The notes below the pieces were generated by a model. That model saw only the letters and a program-made list of their open reading frames with translations. It did no database searches and was not told the origin of the DNA. This document shows positions 28,373 to 30,554 of a stretch of 30,554 nucleotides of DNA, one piece after another (positions within the stretch are counted from its first letter, which is position 1; each line of letters starts with the position of its first letter). Source of the stretch: Desulfurella sp. (GTDB lineage Bacteria; Campylobacterota_A; Desulfurellia; Desulfurellales; Desulfurellaceae); the NCBI GenBank assembly GCA_031960885.1, contig JAVRLY010000008.1:1-30554 (forward strand), written 5' to 3'. The position numbers were made by a program, and so were the translations under genes.

Positions 28373-29290
28373 ATGTTTCGAAAATGGTTGTTAACCATTT
28401 TAGCTACTTTATTTTTTGGAATTTTTAATTTAGCTTTTGCAAAACTTGAAGTCATAACGACACATCAAGCTGCACAACTTTTGCAAACAAACAACAACTT
28501 AATCATCATTGACACAAGAGATGCAAAAGATTATTTAAACGGCCACTTGCCTAATGCAATTAACCTAACAAATGCAATGCTAAGCGTAAAAAGAGGCGAT
28601 GTGGTTGGATTGGTTCCATACAACAAACAACTTGAAGAAAAACTATCTAACTTTGGTCTTAAAAAGGATGCAACGTACATAGTGTATTCGGGTGAAAATT
28701 TTGATAAACCTCATTTCTTTTTAACAAATGCAACACGTGTTGCCGCTATTCTTTATTGGGCTGGAGTAAAAGATATCTATTACATGGATGGTGGATACGA
28801 GAAATGGGTTGATGAAAAAAGACCTATTGCAAAAGGTGAGTACAGTTTGCCTAAATCTGATTTTACTATTGATAGAAATAGAACCACAGTATTTTCTTTT
28901 TTACCATTTGTAGAGTGGGCTTTACAGCATGAAAATATGGTTCAATTTGTAGATGCTAGAAACTACGATCAATTTAGCGCAAAAGATACAACAGATAAAA
29001 GACTTGCAAGATATGGGCATTTAAAAGGAGCAAAATGGGTCTTTGTGGCAAATTATATGCAAAAGGAAAAAAACTATTGGGTAATAAAGCCTAAGTCTCA
29101 AATAGAACAAATATTAAAAGATGCAGGGGTAGATATAAACAAACCTATCATTTCTTATTGCAATACAGGCCATCTAGCAAGCGGTTTATGGTTTATCGGC
29201 CAAGCTATATTAGATACAAAACTCATTAGTGACTATGACGGTTCTATGGCAGAAATCTCTCGCGTTGACTCTATACCAATAGTTCAATAA
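28373..29290 (+). CDS. Exported tandem-domain rhodanese/sulfurtransferase
   Basis: Sec signal ending AFA, GHLPNA, MDGG, DAR, GHLKGA, active loop YCNTGHLA and YDGSM.E. Confidence 0.92.
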   Translation: MFRKWLLTILATLFFGIFNLAFAKLEVITTHQAAQLLQTNNNLIIIDTRDAKDYLNGHLPNAINLTNAMLSVKRGDVVGLVPYNKQLEEKLSNFGLKKDATYIVYSGENFDKPHFFLTNATRVAAILYWAGVKDIYYMDGGYEKWVDEKRPIAKGEYSLPKSDFTIDRNRTTVFSFLPFVEWALQHENMVQFVDARNYDQFSAKDTTDKRLARYGHLKGAKWVFVANYMQKEKNYWVIKPKSQIEQILKDAGVDINKPIISYCNTGHLASGLWFIGQAILDTKLISDYDGSMAEISRVDSIPIVQ

Positions 29291-29297
29291 AGCTTAG

Positions 29298-29330
29298 AGG
29301 CTTTTGGTGTTTTAAGCCAAAAGCCTTTTC
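29298..29330 (+). terminator. Rho-independent terminator
   Basis: AGGCTTTTGG-N9-CCAAAAGCCT followed by a T-rich tract. Confidence 0.75.
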
Positions 29331-29391
29331 TTGCTTTTGAAAAATTTTCATATAAAATAATAATTGTTTACATATAAGGAGGAGGTCGTAA

Positions 29392-29766
29392 ATGAAAGAA
29401 GTTGTATTAGCGCAAGATGCACCAAAACCCGTCGGACCTTATTCACAAGCAGTAAAAAGTGGGGGATTTTTGTTTATTTCTGGTCAATTAGGATTTGATA
29501 ATAATGGGAATTTGCCAGCTAGCACAAAAGAGCAAACTTACAATGCCCTAATAAATATAGAAAAAATTTTGAAAAGTTGCGGTTTATCTTTTGAACACAT
29601 CGTAAAGACTACAATTTTTTTTACGAATAAAGATGATTTTAGTACAATTAATGAAATCTATAGCCAGTTCTTTAGCAAAGATTATCCCGCACGCAGCGCT
29701 ATTGTTGTGCTTGCGCTACCCAAAAATGCATCTGTAGAGATAGAAGCTATCGCTAAACTAAATTAG
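29392..29766 (+). CDS. ridA: RidA family reactive intermediate deaminase
   Basis: APKPVGPYSQA, SGQL, PARS and VEIEAIA. Confidence 0.93.
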   Translation: MKEVVLAQDAPKPVGPYSQAVKSGGFLFISGQLGFDNNGNLPASTKEQTYNALINIEKILKSCGLSFEHIVKTTIFFTNKDDFSTINEIYSQFFSKDYPARSAIVVLALPKNASVEIEAIAKLN

Positions 29767-29785
29767 TTAATACAATGGAGACTTT

Positions 29786-30554
29786 ATGAGCATTAAAAAA
29801 TTACTTAACTTTTCAAACGGGTTTTATCTTTTATGCGCCTTAGCGCTTTTTTTGGTTATTGGAATAGCTGGTTTCAATTTAAAAAATACCATTAAGCAGT
29901 TGGATAATCAGGGTGTTTACTTAAACAATATCGATAATATTTATGCACAAGGCTTACAAAAAGGTCAAGCAACAAGAAATATTCTTTTAAATCCAAACGA
30001 TGTAAAAGCTATGCAAAATTACAAAAATGCAAATATTTCTATGAACAAATCTTTTGATAAGTGTCTTAGCATGGCAAATGATACGCAAAAATCGCAGCTT
30101 CAAGAACTAAAAGCATTATTAGAAAAAGATGACGCGCTTCAATTGCAAGTCCAATCTATGGCAAAATCTGGCAACTCAAAACAATCGTATGAATTGCTTG
30201 TAAGCAAAGAAACCCCAGCGTGGAGAAAAGCAAGGTCTTTTGTTTTAGATTTAATAGCTCAAGAAAGAAAGAGCTTTGATAATATAAAATACAAGATGGA
30301 AAATACAATGCTTTTAACGACCATTATTATGGCTGCAGCAATGATTATCATGATTCTTGTAGTTTTAATTGTCTGGAGGGTGTTATTTAGCAAAATATTT
30401 AAACCGCTCAACCATATAAACTCCCTTGTCTCTACCCTTGCCAAAGGCGGAGGCGACCTTACAATCACACTGCCCAAAACATCAAATGACGAGTTTGGTA
30501 TTTTAGTTGACAACCTAAATAAGTTTATCTCAACATTAAGAGATATTGTCTCTC
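29786..30554 (+). CDS. Probable methyl-accepting chemotaxis protein (partial, runs off window)
   Basis: Not in the ORF track. ATG behind GGAG, then TM - helical periplasmic domain - TM - HAMP (KPL...GGGDLT...DEFGILVDNLNKFI). Confidence 0.85.
   Translation, partial: MSIKKLLNFSNGFYLLCALALFLVIGIAGFNLKNTIKQLDNQGVYLNNIDNIYAQGLQKGQATRNILLNPNDVKAMQNYKNANISMNKSFDKCLSMANDTQKSQLQELKALLEKDDALQLQVQSMAKSGNSKQSYELLVSKETPAWRKARSFVLDLIAQERKSFDNIKYKMENTMLLTTIIMAAAMIIMILVVLIVWRVLFSKIFKPLNHINSLVSTLAKGGGDLTITLPKTSNDEFGILVDNLNKFISTLRDIVS

Overview
AT-rich bacterial chromosome segment. Gene content suggests an anaerobic sulfur-reducing Campylobacterota/Desulfurella-like organism (inference). The first ~9.2 kb is a nitrogen-oxide locus. 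On the minus strand, hcp leads an operon of DUF438/hemerythrin, PAS, hemerythrin, DUF488 and FixL-like PAS genes. It is followed by a narG pseudogene carrying a 1-nt frameshift, substitutions in conserved motifs, and a probable IS (IS1634-like) whose end lies at position 125. Divergently, a NapC/NirT tetraheme cytochrome is followed by an octaheme reductive-type (epsilon) HAO. All three promoters carry Crp/Fnr-type palindromes. The remainder holds two AT-rich orphans, three LPS glycosyltransferases, tmRNA (tag ANSDYALAA), an RRM protein, hemW, mnmA, a crotonase-fold protein, accBC, trpS, an M50 protease, feoAB, folP, ftsH, a TlpA-like lipoprotein, panE, an exported tandem rhodanese, RidA and a partial chemoreceptor.
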